Shown in pieces: positions 25,879 to 39,382 of a stretch of 64,000 bases of DNA. The position numbers and the translations under genes were made by a program. Source of the DNA: Octopus vulgaris (lineage: Eukaryota). The notes under the pieces are model-generated. The model saw only the letters and a list, made by a program, of their open reading frames with translations. It was not told the origin of the DNA and made no database searches. The DNA is taken from assembly GCA_951406725.2 (NCBI GenBank), contig OX597823.1, forward strand, positions 71,734,001 through 71,798,000. Reading direction: 5' to 3'. How positions within the stretch are numbered: the stretch's first letter is position 1; each line of letters opens with the position of its first letter.

Positions 25879-27216
25879 TTATTGGAGGTGCAACAATATT
25901 TCAAAACTTGGCTGGTATAAAAATTCTCTTCCTGCCCGAAAATAAGGAAATCAGATGCTGGATCAAAAAGGAATGCGGTTTCAGTCTGATCATATAATTT
26001 CCTGTGGAAACCCTGACCACTATGATCAGCTGAGTTGTATTTGACGCGTTGTCTTTTAAAGAAATATAGATCCCAAGTACACATTAGCAACACTGACAAC
26101 AGAACTACCATAAATAGCAGATATAATCCTTGTCTCAACACATCCACCAGCATTACTGCGTCACTGTCACTATCGCCGCCGTTATCAGCGTCATTGAATT
26201 CGTTTGCCCTGCCTTTAGTTCGTAACCATATCCTTTCGCCTGTTTATTTTAAGCCATATTTTCCGCCTCTCGGAGAAGATGGCAAGGTTTTATCTAATTT
26301 ATAACTCATTTAATTATATGGCTGATTTGTTGTCAACGTTTTCTCCTCTCGCTCATTCCCCCTCACCTTTCTTCTATCATTTTTCATATTAGTGACAAAC
26401 AATAACTGCAAAGCCACAGCAATGACACGAACATAGCAATCAATCCAAGTTTATGTGCTTCATGTCCACCCGCCCCCCCCTCATTCAAGAACTAACCTTT
26501 TCCCGATATCGATGTTTCTGTTCATTCATTGATTCTTTCCGTCTTTTTTTTGTGTGTGTGTGTGTGTGTGGGTGCCCTTTTTTCTTTTTCGATTTCTTTT
26601 TTTATTGTTATTGCAAACAGATTGATGGGGTAGAAGTGGGTGTATTTGCATCGATCGTTTATTAGCATCTGGGTGTGGTCCCATCTCATATCCTGTACAT
26701 CCTGAAAATGTTTGCACATCTGGTGAGAGGGAGCGAGTGTGTGTGTGTGTGTGAAGGAAGAGCGACAGAGAAATGGAGATGAAGACTAGAAAACCATTTA
26801 GAGAAAGTAGTATTTTATTCCACAAAATTGGTCTTCATTTTTAATTTACTGTGACACAAACACGGCAAAACAGAGATAGATGATAACTCGACAGATATAC
26901 TATTAAAGCATTTCTTTTGAAGTTCCATTGCGAGTTGGATACCCTGATATCATATTTCGTAAGAAAAAAAAAATAGATATATCAATTACTGTAGGTACAA
27001 GTTACATCACTAGTAAAGGAATTGTCAGGAGTTCAAACCTGGCATTTATGAAATCAAATCTTAAACCACGGTCATTTAGATCAGTATGAGCAAAAGAAGC
27101 GATCAATACTGCCTAGTTCCACTCATACTCTTTGTAATTGTGAGGCAAGTAATGCAATAGTTGTGAGATGACCTGAGCTGATCAACCAAAATCCTGTGAT
27201 AATATATCTACATTGA

Positions 27217-27810
27217 AAGGCAGCGAGCTGGCAGAAACGTTAGCACGCCGGGAGAAATGCGTAGCTGTATTTCGTCTGCTGTTACGTTCTGAGTTCAAAT
27301 TCCGCCGAGGTCGACTTTGCTTTTCATCCTTTCGGGGTCGATAAATTAAGTAGCAGTTACGCTCTGGGGTCGATATAATCGACTTAATCCGTTTGTCTGT
27401 CCTTGTTTGTTCTCTCTGTGTTTAGTCCCTTGTGGGTAGTAAAGAAATAGGTATTTCGTCTGCTGTTACGTTCTGAGTTCAAATTCCGCCGAAGTCGACT
27501 TTTCGATAAATTAAGTACCAGTTACGCACTGGGGTAGATGTAATGGACTCAATCCCTTTGTTTGTCCCCTCTATGTTTAGCCCCTTATGGGCAATAAAGA
27601 AATAAGAAACGTTAGAACGCTCGGCGAATTGTTTAGCGGTATTTCGTCTGTCTTTATGTTCTGAGTTCAAATACTGCCGAGGTTGACTTTGCCTTTCATC
27701 CTTTCAGCGTCGATGAAATAAGTACCAGTTACGCACTAGGGTCGATATAATCGACTAGCCCCCTTATCCTAAAATTTTCAAGACCTTGTGCCTAGAGTAG
27801 AAATAATTAA
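27217..27810 (+). mobile_element. SINE family A multimer
   Basis: Head GGCAGCGAGCTGGCAGAA followed by three body units. Confidence 0.8.
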
Positions 27811-28154
27811 TATTTATTTCACACAGTTAACATTTTCTCCATCCAGTCAAGTCAGACAGGCAGTCATAACTTATTAGCAAGACATGCCATGAAATCATCA
27901 AAACTAATTAATCACCAACTAAAATTTATAGCAACAAGCATGAGTAATTTGCTATGTAATGGTAGTGTCAGCCGGTGAGATTAGATATGTTAGAGGTATA
28001 AAAAAAAAGACGGCGAGCCGGCAGAATCGTTAGCACGCTAGGCGAAATGCGAAACCAGGACTTTTTAACGAAAATTTACATGTGACAAAAAGGAATCCTT
28101 TTGAATATTTCAAGATCTAAAATAAAAAAAAGCAAAAAACAAAAAAAAACTTGA

Positions 28155-28530
28155 ACTTAGCTTGTTTACGAACCACATGGTTCTAGGTTCAGTCCCACAG
28201 CGTGGCACCTTGGGAAAGTGTCTTCTACTATAGCCTCGGGCCGGCCAAAGCCTTGTGAGTGGATTTGGTAGACGGAAACTGAAAGAAACCCGTCGTATGT
28301 GTGTGTATATGTTTGTGTGTCTCTGTTTGTCTCCCCCAACATCGCTTGACAACCGATGCTGGTGTGTTTACGTCCCCGTAACTTAGCGGTTCGGCAAAAG
28401 AGACCGATAGAATAAGTACTAGGTTTACAAATAATAAGTCCTGGGGTCAATTTGCTCGACTAAATGCGGTGCTCCATCATGGCCACAGTCAAATGACTGA
28501 AACAAGTGAAAGAGAAAGAGTAAAGAGTAT
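28155..28530 (+). mobile_element. SINE family C copy
   Basis: GGTTCAGTCCC B-box-like sequence and tail GTGCTCCATCATGGCCACAGTCAAATGACTGAAAC. Confidence 0.8.
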
Positions 28531-28834
28531 GTTTTCCAATATCAACCAATCAGCTTTCCCGGTTGTTAGAGCCATACAACATAGATCTACTGACTGTCAA
28601 ATGCAACAAACTGCATACTGAGGGTGGTGAATCGTTGATGATGTACAAAAAGGCAAGTGATGAGTTGAAACTTATTCCTTAAATGCTAAAACAATCGAAA
28701 GATGGGTTCGCTGAAATTGAAGTTGACACCAACGGTCAGTATTTTTAAAAAAAGTTTCATGAGAGGAACTTTTCGTACAGCTGGAAAAGTCTACCGTTAG
28801 TTATAGGTGTCACTTTATTAATGACATATGTGAG

Positions 28835-29375
28835 TTAAAGAAAGTTGCACCAGTGGAACGATTGAGCTACTGGGACAGGTTGAAAGAGCTGCGACTCTAT
28901 TCCCTGGAACGAAGGCGGGAGAGGTATGCAGTGATTTATATATATATGGAAGGTACTGGAAGGACTGGTACCAAACTTTGGAATAAAGAGCTATACCAGA
29001 CCATGAACAGGACGTCACTGTGCTGTCCCCACCGTGCCGACTGTTTCATCTCGGGCAAGGACGATGTACTGCAATAGCTTGGGTTTCAAGGGCCCACAGC
29101 TGTTTAACTGTCTGCCGAAGAATCTGAGGAGACTCCATGGAGTGGATGTAGACGTTTTCAAACGTGAACTTGACCTCTGGCTCACCGAGATCCCGGATGA
29201 GCTAATATCTAAGCAAGAAACTCAAAAGAGGGCAGTAGCTAGCATAGAACTCCATCCTTCACCAAAAGCCGCTCCGACAAAGAGGGAAAGTGGAAAGTGG
29301 AAAGATGATTACAATGGCAGTGCTCCAGCATGGCCACAGTCATTGGACTGAAACATATAAAAGAATAAAAGAATA
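28835..29375 (+). mobile_element. CR1/L2-group LINE 3' remnant
   Basis: LSYWDRLKELRLYSLERRRERY, GPQLFNCLP, FKRELD, tail (TAAAAGAA)n. Confidence 0.8.
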
Positions 29376-29618
29376 ATGATGTATTTCAAGGGAGATGCTT
29401 TTTATCGAAAAACTAGAGACAAATAAAAAAAAGGATGTCTATCATTGTCGCAATATTCTATTTTTACGAGAAATTTTATTGGAAATATCGTTGCTTGTGA
29501 ATATTGTTGGTTGATATCGAGGTGTCGTACGTTTAGAAACAGAAGTTCTAAATGCCATTACGATTCACTGCATAATTTAGCGGCGTGAGAATCTGACAAA
29601 TTACTTCTTTATACAGAA

Positions 29619-30004
29619 CTAGCAGTATCACCCAGCGTTGCTCCGGTTTGTTTTGACCCTTTAGAATTGGAAGTTTTGAAAAGTAAAAATTTTGCATTAT
29701 GTAGCTTGTTATTCTCTTTAAGTGAACATTTTTCTGGTTGAAATACACCGAAAAATGGCGACTCAGCAGTCAAAAAAATCGTAACAAATAGGGATTTTCA
29801 TAGAAAAAAAAGCACCTTTTTGATGTAAATAATTTTTGGTCTTAACATGGTCCGATTTGAATTTTTTCTTCTACGGAAGGAAGAGCAAGCCTTCTTCTAT
29901 CATACTCTATTTTGGTCAACTTGCGCCGCAGGGTCTCGGAGGAGATAGTGTTAGTTGAAGGCTACCAAACCTGCCATACACAGACAACTTCAGCTTTATA
30001 GAGA
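29619..30004 (-). mobile_element. Non-autonomous Helitron-like element (copy 3)
   Basis: Homologous to 10481-10874, with CTAG and TC termini. Confidence 0.75.
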
Positions 30005-30369
30005 TTACGATGACTTTCCAAGGGTAACTGTCTGAGCCACCTCATATTCTTTTTTGATGGTGCATTAAAATCTAAGATTGAGAATTTAGAATCAATGGCA
30101 GATAATTTGAAAGGTTAATAAACATGGACGTTTGTGCACGATAGGTTTTTCTTAATACTTTTAATAAAGGTAATCTACAGCTTCAAGGGAAAGAATGTGA
30201 CTCTTATCGGCGCTGAATATATTTCTATCTTAATGATAAATCATAACTTTATCGTCACCTTGTCCTGCACAAGGATTTTAACTATTTTCCTCCGATTGGC
30301 TGTAGCTGCAGATAAATTATTAGACTATGTTTGTGTGTGTGTGTGAACACTTTATAAGATGATTTCATT

Positions 30370-31630
30370 TAGATAAACGGCGCAGGCAGGGGCTGCCTGT
30401 TACAGCTTCTGCACCATTTTGAGGATATTTTAAAAGCTTTGGGAGAAGGCTCTAACACTGACGTCAGTGGACCATAAAATCCTGCTGAAGAAACTCTCCA
30501 ACACTAGGAAACCGTGGAAAGCTTCTGTAGTGGATAGAGTGTTTCCTGACGAACAGAACCCAACATGTTCTGTTTGAGGGAATCCGATCAAGCTCAGCCA
30601 AAGTCAGAAGTGGTCTCCCGCAAGGTACTGTTGGGCCCACTCCTCTTCATTATCTACACCAATGACATAGATGTCATCAAGCGTTCTACATTGAAAATCT
30701 TTGCAGATGAATCCAAACTTCAAAAGGCCATAAACGGTATGGGAGACCGAACGTGCTTTCAGTCGGATCTGTTTGTTGTTGTCCAATGGGCGGAAAAGAA
30801 CAATATGCTTCTAAATGAAGATAAGTTTAATTTGATCCACTTGGAAAAGAGGACACGTTGAAACAACCACATGCCCTTTCCTCGGGCGACTCCTTAGTGT
30901 CATCCAACAATACCACAGTCCTTGGAGTAATTGTTGATAACAATCTAAGCTGGAGTTCCCACGTAATGTTGACTTGGCCCGCAAGATATATTCCTGAATT
31001 CTGAGAACTTTCCGGTCTAGAGATGCCCACACCATCATCCTCCTCTACTCTACTTTTATCCATCCCACCTTGAATACTGTTGCCCACTGTGGTCTCCTCG
31101 TACGAAGCAACTCATTATGTAAGTGGAAGACGGCATGGCAAGCATTGACTATTGGGGTCGACTAAAAAAACTCAATCTCTACTCTCTCCAACGCCGCCGG
31201 AAGTGCTAAATCATTTGTGTGATGTGGAAAATATTCCATCAATATTTCACAAATGATGTTGGCATCAATTTTAAAATCCACCTAAGATTTGGCCCCCGTG
31301 CTATCCGCCTACAACAAAAATTGAACTCAGGATATATAACAACATTACGACACAACTACTTTACCTCAACCGGTCCAGCTCTCTTTAATATTATACCAAA
31401 ATACGTCAAAATGGAAGCGGATCCCACAAAATTCAAAAGTTCTCTGGACAAATTTCTCAAAAAAATCCTGGACCAACCTCTTACACACGGATATGTTTCC
31501 AACAATAATAACTCTTTGCTAGAATGGGCCATGGTGCCCCATATATGACTAAAATACTTCACCAGGTAGTGCTATTAAGTTAGACACAGCCTGAGCCTAT
31601 ACTGGCTGAAACCAAAGTTATCAAAGTTAT
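30370..31630 (+). mobile_element. CR1/L2-group LINE remnant, RT domain to 3' end
   Basis: LGPLLFIIYTND, KIFADESK, GPALFNIIP, FKSSLDKFL. Many stops and frameshifts. Confidence 0.8.
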
Positions 31631-32084
31631 GATTTGTTATGATATTACGCTCTTTGGATAAGCATAAAAATGTGAGTGATTGAGTCTCCTTGACATTTTC
31701 AGGTTTGTCTGAAAAGCGAAGGATTTACAAAAGAAAAATGTATATTATCATAAGATGTCTATAATACTGATGGTTAACATCTCGCTGAATCTTTTAATTA
31801 ATAACATTTCTTTTGCAGAAGTAAATATATTGACAGGAAATGTCTTTGGTAGACTGATTCCTGTGAACTGATATAAACGTTAGCCTGAGTATATCTAGTT
31901 GGCTGTCTGTATATTGCAGTTGTTGCTGTTTAGCCGAAGTCAGTCCTGACCGAACAGACCTGTTGTCAAAAGCCATTTCAAATTTGACGACCTTGAATGT
32001 TTTGGTAGGACAACTCTATATTATCCAAAGTTTTCTTTATTTAATGCAGTAGGACGCGATTTGAGAGTGATTTGGTTGCTCTTC

Positions 32085-32127
<43 letters not shown>

Positions 32128-33884
32128 AGCAAGCAAGCAGAGAAATCTTCGTCGTTCCAAGGATGGAAGTCTGTATGCTTTTATATATAGCTGTTACTGT
32201 TCTTCTCAACAAAAATTTAATTTTATCTCTAAACAAATATATTTTCTGTGAAATTAATTTCTTAATTTCTTTTGCTTGACGACAGACCGCATTTGGAATC
32301 CCTCAGCAAGCGAAAACTAATTAGGTCTTCACTGCCCTACTCGAGTGAAGCTTACAGCAAAAGGCCGATAAGTTGTGACCTTGAGATAACTGCTGATGAT
32401 ATGGCAGAGTTTCCGATGATTAATTCAGAATTCAGAATAGTTTGCAATACCTCTGAGTAGCTCCGTGAGTTTCTGCGTTGGACAAAGCATCTTTGCTGCT
32501 TATTTCACCTGATTTAAGAGGTCTCTAACAATTGCTGGTAAGTTTTTTTCTTTCCCCAAGTAAAAAGCAGGTTTCAAATTATTAAAAATATTTGGAGTAC
32601 GTCACACAGTACATCTCCACCACTGGTGGCTCGTGTGTAAGCACTGCGGAACTGCAGCACCTCCTATTTCCACTCGATATTATCGATAACATTCAATATA
32701 ATGAGTCCTTTTTTAAAATTCTTTCTTTATACTGTACGTTATATAATCCTTAAGCTTAATGTTAATAGCCATTCTCTAATTTATGGAAAAAAATGCAAAA
32801 ATATTTGTATAAAACTGTGCGCTTCCCAGTTCCAGCGACGCGGTGTTTGGCTGTTGTGCACATGCTCACATGTCCGAGATAGGAAGCTGCACGCTAGGAG
32901 AGAGAGAGAGAGAACTGTCATTCACGCAGTGCTGACTCTTGTGTGCTGGTGAAAGGTTGTGTTTCTTTTTGTGATCAAGTGTAGGATTAGATTATTACCC
33001 TGCTTCCAGCTACAGTGTTGTTGCCAATATTTGAAAAACAGGGCAGATTTTCTCCCTTATTTTGTGATTTAGTAGGGAGGGCTTTGAAAAACAAGGGGGA
33101 ATTCGCGGCGATGTTCAGTGAACAAATTAAACACACTGCCCGGCAGTGGCTAAAACGCGAACCGATCAAGTTTATGCATAAATTTTCTTTTTATATGTTT
33201 GTTTCCTTTTGCACAATATTAAAACAACGGCTAAAAATTTTCTGGAGCAGTACTCCAACTAATTTTATCTGCAAGCCGTCATGGATCTCCACGTATCTGA
33301 ATTATGAAAATCCATGCTATTTACTCACTTGAGTTACTTACCTAGGCGCATTTAGTGTGAGTGTCAGGGAAATTTCACAAGAACCATTTCATTTCATATC
33401 TTTCTAGTAAGACAAACAATGGAGCACCTGCAATGTAGCTCGGCCTTCTATTAACAACCATTATGTTTCCCCTCTCTCTCTCTAAAAGGCAAGAATTGCG
33501 GTAGACTTTGTAACTATGGTGAAGACTAAAACGTCTTTGACCAAAGGTCTGCTTCACCAAGGTTTCTAATCTAAGCTAAACAACAGCAGCAACAACTTGC
33601 TCTTTTCAAATCTGCAATTTAAAGCTGGAGTGAGATTGACTACATCAGATTGACTCATCCAGTTGAAAGGAAGACATCAGTAGCGATATAACAGAGTCAT
33701 TTCACATACAAACATACACAAATACCTACATACACAAATACATGTATAGTACAGCGATATGCATACACACGCATGCACGAACACACACAAACATGTAAAT
33801 GCACATATAATCGTGTACTTTCATTTTGCAAATTACAAATATATGCATATCCAGTAGTTAATACGCTCAAACCCAAACTTACAG

Positions 33885-33916
<32 letters not shown>

Positions 33917-34475
33917 GACACACACACGCACACACACATACACACACACACGCACACAAGGGGCACATGCTGTTATGTACATTTGTCATACACATACGAT
34001 ACATTCTCATACAAATATGATAGCTATCATATGTGTGGATGTATGTGTGTAAGCGCGCGCACGTGTGTGTGTGCTGTGTGCGTGTGCGTATGTGCGTGTG
34101 TGTGATCATCCATCGTTATGTGGTCCTTGTGTGTGTGTGTGTATGGATGTCAATTCTGAAGCAGTGAAGAGAGGAAGGAAGGAGTGTGGCTGCTGTTAAT
34201 AATGAAACGTCATTGAAGGAAGCGGTCTGGGTTGGCAGAATATTGAGGGTGGGGGATAAATTAATCATTCTTGCGACATTTCGCCTTCAAACGAAATCTG
34301 AGTGTCAGTTGATAGGTATGGACTGTGTGTGCTTGTGTGTGTGTGTGCATGTGTGTGCATGTGTGTGCATGTGTGTGTGTGTGGAATATACATTCATTTT
34401 GTGTATGTGTATGTGAGCGATTAGATATTTGTTGTCTGTGTGCCATTTGTATCTGTATGTACATTATATGTATTT

Positions 34476-34513
<38 letters not shown>

Positions 34514-34585
34514 TACCATTATCTCAAGAAATTAATTTCTTTCACGACTGTTATTACAACTTCATTCGTTCATTCATTCATACAG

Positions 34586-34636
<51 letters not shown>

Positions 34637-34692
34637 CTGATAGAGACAGTGTGACAAACAGACCCAGAAAAGAAGAGATGGAATGAAGAGAG

Positions 34693-34723
<31 letters not shown>

Positions 34724-35474
34724 TCGTGTTTGTAGTTTTTCTCTAAAGGAACATTTTCTGTTTTTTTTATTCTTTTCGTCTCTTTGGAATCCTCTCTCTC
34801 TCTCTCTCATCTTCCGTGCCTGTGTGTATGTCCTTCTGAGCAACACTCACTTTATTCACTCGATGTAACTTGCTCTCTTTACAGTTTTGCCTCTGTCTTT
34901 GTTACACTATCATTATTTCGTCCCGTTGCTCTCCCCCCGCTCTCTGCTTCTCTATTTTGTTTTTCTATATAATAATTCCCCACCTTTTTATTTTATTTTC
35001 TTTTACTATCTTTTTCCCAACCATTCTCACCGTCCGTCCTTCCTTCTTAGCATTCTACTTTCATTTCTTTTATCACATCCTCAGGGATTTTTCTTTTTTT
35101 TTATCTTCATATTCTCTCCTATTTGTTATCATCCCTTCCTCTTTTATCTTTCATTAATTCTTTCATATCTTTCTTCTCTTTCTTTTGCTGTGCACCCTGA
35201 AACACCCAATCTGCAGCCCTTTGCAAATTGCATATTTATTACACTATAAATTGATTTCTCCAGATCTTTCGATGCATTTCTGAAAGAAAAGAATGAAAGT
35301 TAAGAAGAAAAATAAACCCTATAAAGTGAAAAATAAACAGAACAAAAACTCCCGACCAAAGTCAACAATTAGGCAGAAGGGTCATCACAGCTGTCATTAG
35401 CACCCCCACCCCATCAAAAAAAAAATTCAAAATATAAACATGGTGTCCCAGCCAACAAGAAAGAATAGAGAGAA

Positions 35475-35845
35475 AGGCGGCGAGCTGGCAGAAACGTCAG
35501 CACGCCGGGCGAAATGCGTAGCTGTATTTCGTCTGCCGTTATGTTCTGAGCTCAAATTCCGCCGAGGTCGACTTTGCCTTTCATCCTTCCGGGGTCGATA
35601 AATTAAGTACCAGTTTCGCACTGGGGTCGATGTAATCGACTTAATCTGTTTGTCTGTCCTTGTTTGTCCCTTCTGTGTTTAGCCCCTTGTGGGTAGTAAA
35701 TAAATTTGTATTTCGTCTGCCGTTATGTTCTGAGCTCAATTCCGCCGAGGTCAACTTTGCCTTTATCCTTCGGGTCGATAAATTAAGTACCAGTTTCGCA
35801 CTTTCGTCGATGCCTATCCCCCTCCACTAAATTTCAGGCCTTGTT
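35475..35845 (+). mobile_element. SINE family A dimer
   Basis: Head plus two body units. Confidence 0.8.
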
Positions 35846-36298
35846 ATTATCATTACTATTATTATTGTCGTTGTCCTTTACTTTCTCTACCTGTCTAATC
35901 ATTATTAATATTTTAATGTGAGAAATTTGTTGTTTTTTATAGTGAAAGTTCTGTTTCTTTGCTGTCTCTTATACTATGCAACACTGGATGGATGAACGTT
36001 GGAGAAATAAATAACCGAAATAATTATATCAAAGTCCGAAAACTTAAAGGCTACAGTAAGAGCTGACTTCGGCAGCTGTTTGTCTTCAGGGACATTTGAA
36101 TATACGTGTGTGCGTGCGCGCGTTTTGTAAAAGACTGTTTTATATTTCAATGAAGGTTTGAGTGTGTAAAACTATATATCGTTGAGACGTTTATGTAATA
36201 CGTCGCAGCAATGTTAAGGAGTACATTTTGTATATTTTCACAAATGTTAGATTGCACGCGTATGTGTGTATGTGCATGTTCACCTCTATGTGCATCTG

Positions 36299-36358
<60 letters not shown>

Positions 36359-37041
36359 GAGGAATGATAATGTATTGGGAAATCGAGCCAGTAATTCAAG
36401 TTCGACTCCTAGTTGAACCATTTAGTTTCACTTTCCGTTCTTTTGATTTTTCAGCCATATTCTACCAAACTGATAAATCACTCTTCGTTCAGATGAAAAC
36501 AAAATCGTCAATGCTATATAACATAGGATATTTTAATGACATTTGCATATGAGACATTTTGATATCACACATTAGTTACTTCGTTTTTGGAGTTGGTTTG
36601 CAACTACTGAAAAGGTTGCAAGGCACAACGAAAATTTTAGGAAAATAAAAATAAGAAATAAATGGAAATTTTACCGGTGAGTTATAAGGCACAAAAAAAA
36701 ATGACTCTCCCCAGACACAACAGAACATTAGTTATTATTTTTGATAAAAAGCGTTTCATTGTGTGTTGGTGATGCGCTATACTTTTAGGGTTTAGCATTA
36801 AGTACGTATGTGTTTTATCCACAAATCTTTATGCGAGTAGTTATTTAGATATTTTATATTATTCTGTAATTGATGAACACCACTTTCGTTGGCTGCAGTT
36901 TACCAACAGACCAATCATTGGTTCACTGCATTTACGTAAGCGACAGGTAGAACATATATCACTGCGGATTTTCATTGGAAAGCAAACAAATGTATACACA
37001 CATGCTGACAGGTAAAGTAACCGCCCCATGACTGCTTCAAG

Positions 37042-37098
37042 AATCCTCAGACTAGACATCTAGTTTCGCCCAATCTGTAGGCATCGTCAGTGAAGACT
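37042..37098 (-). ncRNA. Type I hammerhead ribozyme motif, apparently intact
   Basis: Minus strand: AGUCUUCA-CUGACGA-U-GCCUA(cagau)UGGGC-GAA-ACUAGA(ug)UCUAGU-C-UGAGGAUU. All three stems pair and the triplet is GUC. Confidence 0.8.
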
Positions 37099-38954
37099 GC
37101 TCGACCGGCAGATCTCGACTAATTCCGTCTATCCATATATGTATTTACCGTAAAAGTCTAAGGATGATTTACCAGAATGCTTATGCATATAGAAAAAATT
37201 AATATGAATAGCAAGGCGGAATGTGATATCATAAAGAAAGAAATTCAACTGTCACTAAGTGTGACCAAGGGTGCTCAATATATATTGATTGCTCGAAATG
37301 GGGAGAAGATAGACTACCGACAACTGATGAAGGGTCATTCTTTATATCAGTTGTCCTTTTTTTCCCTTTCGTTATTTGTGTATTTAACTCATTTTGTTTT
37401 CGTATTTTATGTTGTTTACTGTTGGTGACGTCCTGTACCCATATATGCATATGGGCTCTTGTTTAATGAGTGAAACAAGTAAGACACACGCGCGCGCGCC
37501 TACACACACACGCACGCACACATACATATATTTCGCTTTCTATTTGGTTTGCAAGATTCTTTATGTGAATTCGTGTGTTGAAGCATATTTTATTGTCTGG
37601 GGAGAGTCAGTCTATTTTAGTAAAAATAAATAAGTAAATGAGTGAAAATCTGACCAGTGAGTGTGTTAAATTAATAAGGCACTAAAAGAGAATGACTACC
37701 CCACACATATACAATGCCGTATAACAGCATTTCGACCTCTTTGAACAACTATTTACAAAATGATATAAATCCTGCAAAATAGTTTTTATTTTAGCCCTTA
37801 TGACAAACTATGTCGAGGAACCGAAGGTAACCTAAGAACGTATACAAACTTAGGTAAGTAGATAAATTTATCAGGGGAGTAACAGCGAGCAGAGACATTA
37901 ACGTGGAAGCGAAAATCTATTTGACACAACCGAGGAACTTTCCTCGTCAGCTGCCCTTCCGATATCAGCGTGATTTTGATACCTTGAGACAGTACCGCTA
38001 TTTCTGATTGTGTCAAAGGCCCTGGGAGTGTACAACCAAAATGTTTGTTCCAGGACGACAAATTACAAATGTATAAATCGTAAGCACCACGAATAATACG
38101 AAATTATTACACAACTGGATTTTGTTTAATGAAAAACGTTTGCATCAATGACAAAATTGGTACCCAGAGGCATCTTATCCCAATCGATGTGAATAGTGCT
38201 TTATTGCTTATGCTAAATGTTCTCACTGCTTATCATCCATTTATGAATAAGTCAAATAAAGTTCTCCAACCAAGATATATATTGTTTGCTCTCTGTAACT
38301 ATGACTCTCAACAGTAAGCATCTAAATTGGTTTGAGTATTGTGCTTCCCTTCTAATTTAAGTGGTGATAGTCAATAAGCAGGACATTTCCGTCAGAAGAT
38401 ACTAAAAGTGAATCATATTAATGATACACACCGTCATATTACACAATCAGTCCAGTAGCTTGACTACTGCATCTTCTTATCTCATAATCCACTCGACGTA
38501 TTCTACGCGTAAAGTAGCAAGCTAAAATGTCAAACAACTCTAGACTAACAGAATTATTCAGTGTTTTCAAATAAATCCAGTATCTTTTTCCTTCACTCCA
38601 CCCTCTTTCACTTACTCTATACGTTCAAGTAGGGAGTTGAGAAATTACGTTGAACACGTTCAATGAGGTCAAAATACTCTGTGTCATATACTGGCTACTA
38701 AATGATAGACAAACACTGTAGAATGTTATGACAAGATTTGCTTTTGTCACCCCCGTACGCAAACAATGTCATCGAAGTCAACGAATATTTAATTCTCTAC
38801 TCTTATGTTCTGAGCTCAAATGACATCTCCGGTCACTGCATTGCACTCGATGCAATTAGTAATGGTCAGTCGTTTACTAAATCGTCTCGACTGATTAAAC
38901 CACTAAAATATGAATGCGTAAACGTTGATGTCGGTCAGAAATCATCTCTATCCT

Positions 38955-39215
38955 GCCAGTCCTCCTCCTCCTCATTCTCTTCCTCCACTTCCTCCTCCTC
39001 CGTCCTTCTTCCTCTTCCTCCTCCTCCTCATTCTCTTCCTTCACTTCCTCCACCTCTGTCCGTCTTCCTCTTCATCCTTCTCCCTCTTCCTCCTTTCTAC
39101 CTCTTCCTCCTTTCTACCTCTTCATCCTTTCTTCCTCTTCCTCCTTTCTTCCTCTTCCTCCTTTCTTCCTCTTCCTTCTTCTTTTTCCTCTTCTTCCTCT
39201 TCTTCCTCCTCCTCA
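38955..39215. repeat. Polypyrimidine (CCT/CTT) low-complexity tract
   Basis: Direct observation. Confidence 0.9.
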
Positions 39216-39382
39216 TACTCCTAGCCCCCACCCACCATGCTTCTCATTGTTGTCGTTGCATTGGACTGAAATGATTCAGTTTCAGGATTCAAATCCCTTT
39301 AGTGTCAAGTAAGAAGTCCATCAATCTGGGTCTGTTTAAAGAAAATATAACAATAATAATAATAACAATAATAATAATAATA

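Noticed and set aside
37320-37355. CTGATGA at about 37324, and similar cores at about 22965, 37944 and 56058
   Set aside because: No stem II followed by GAAA, so not hammerheads as they stand.
38738-39274. 178-aa ORF
   Set aside because: Mostly low-complexity CT tract with no recognisable domain.
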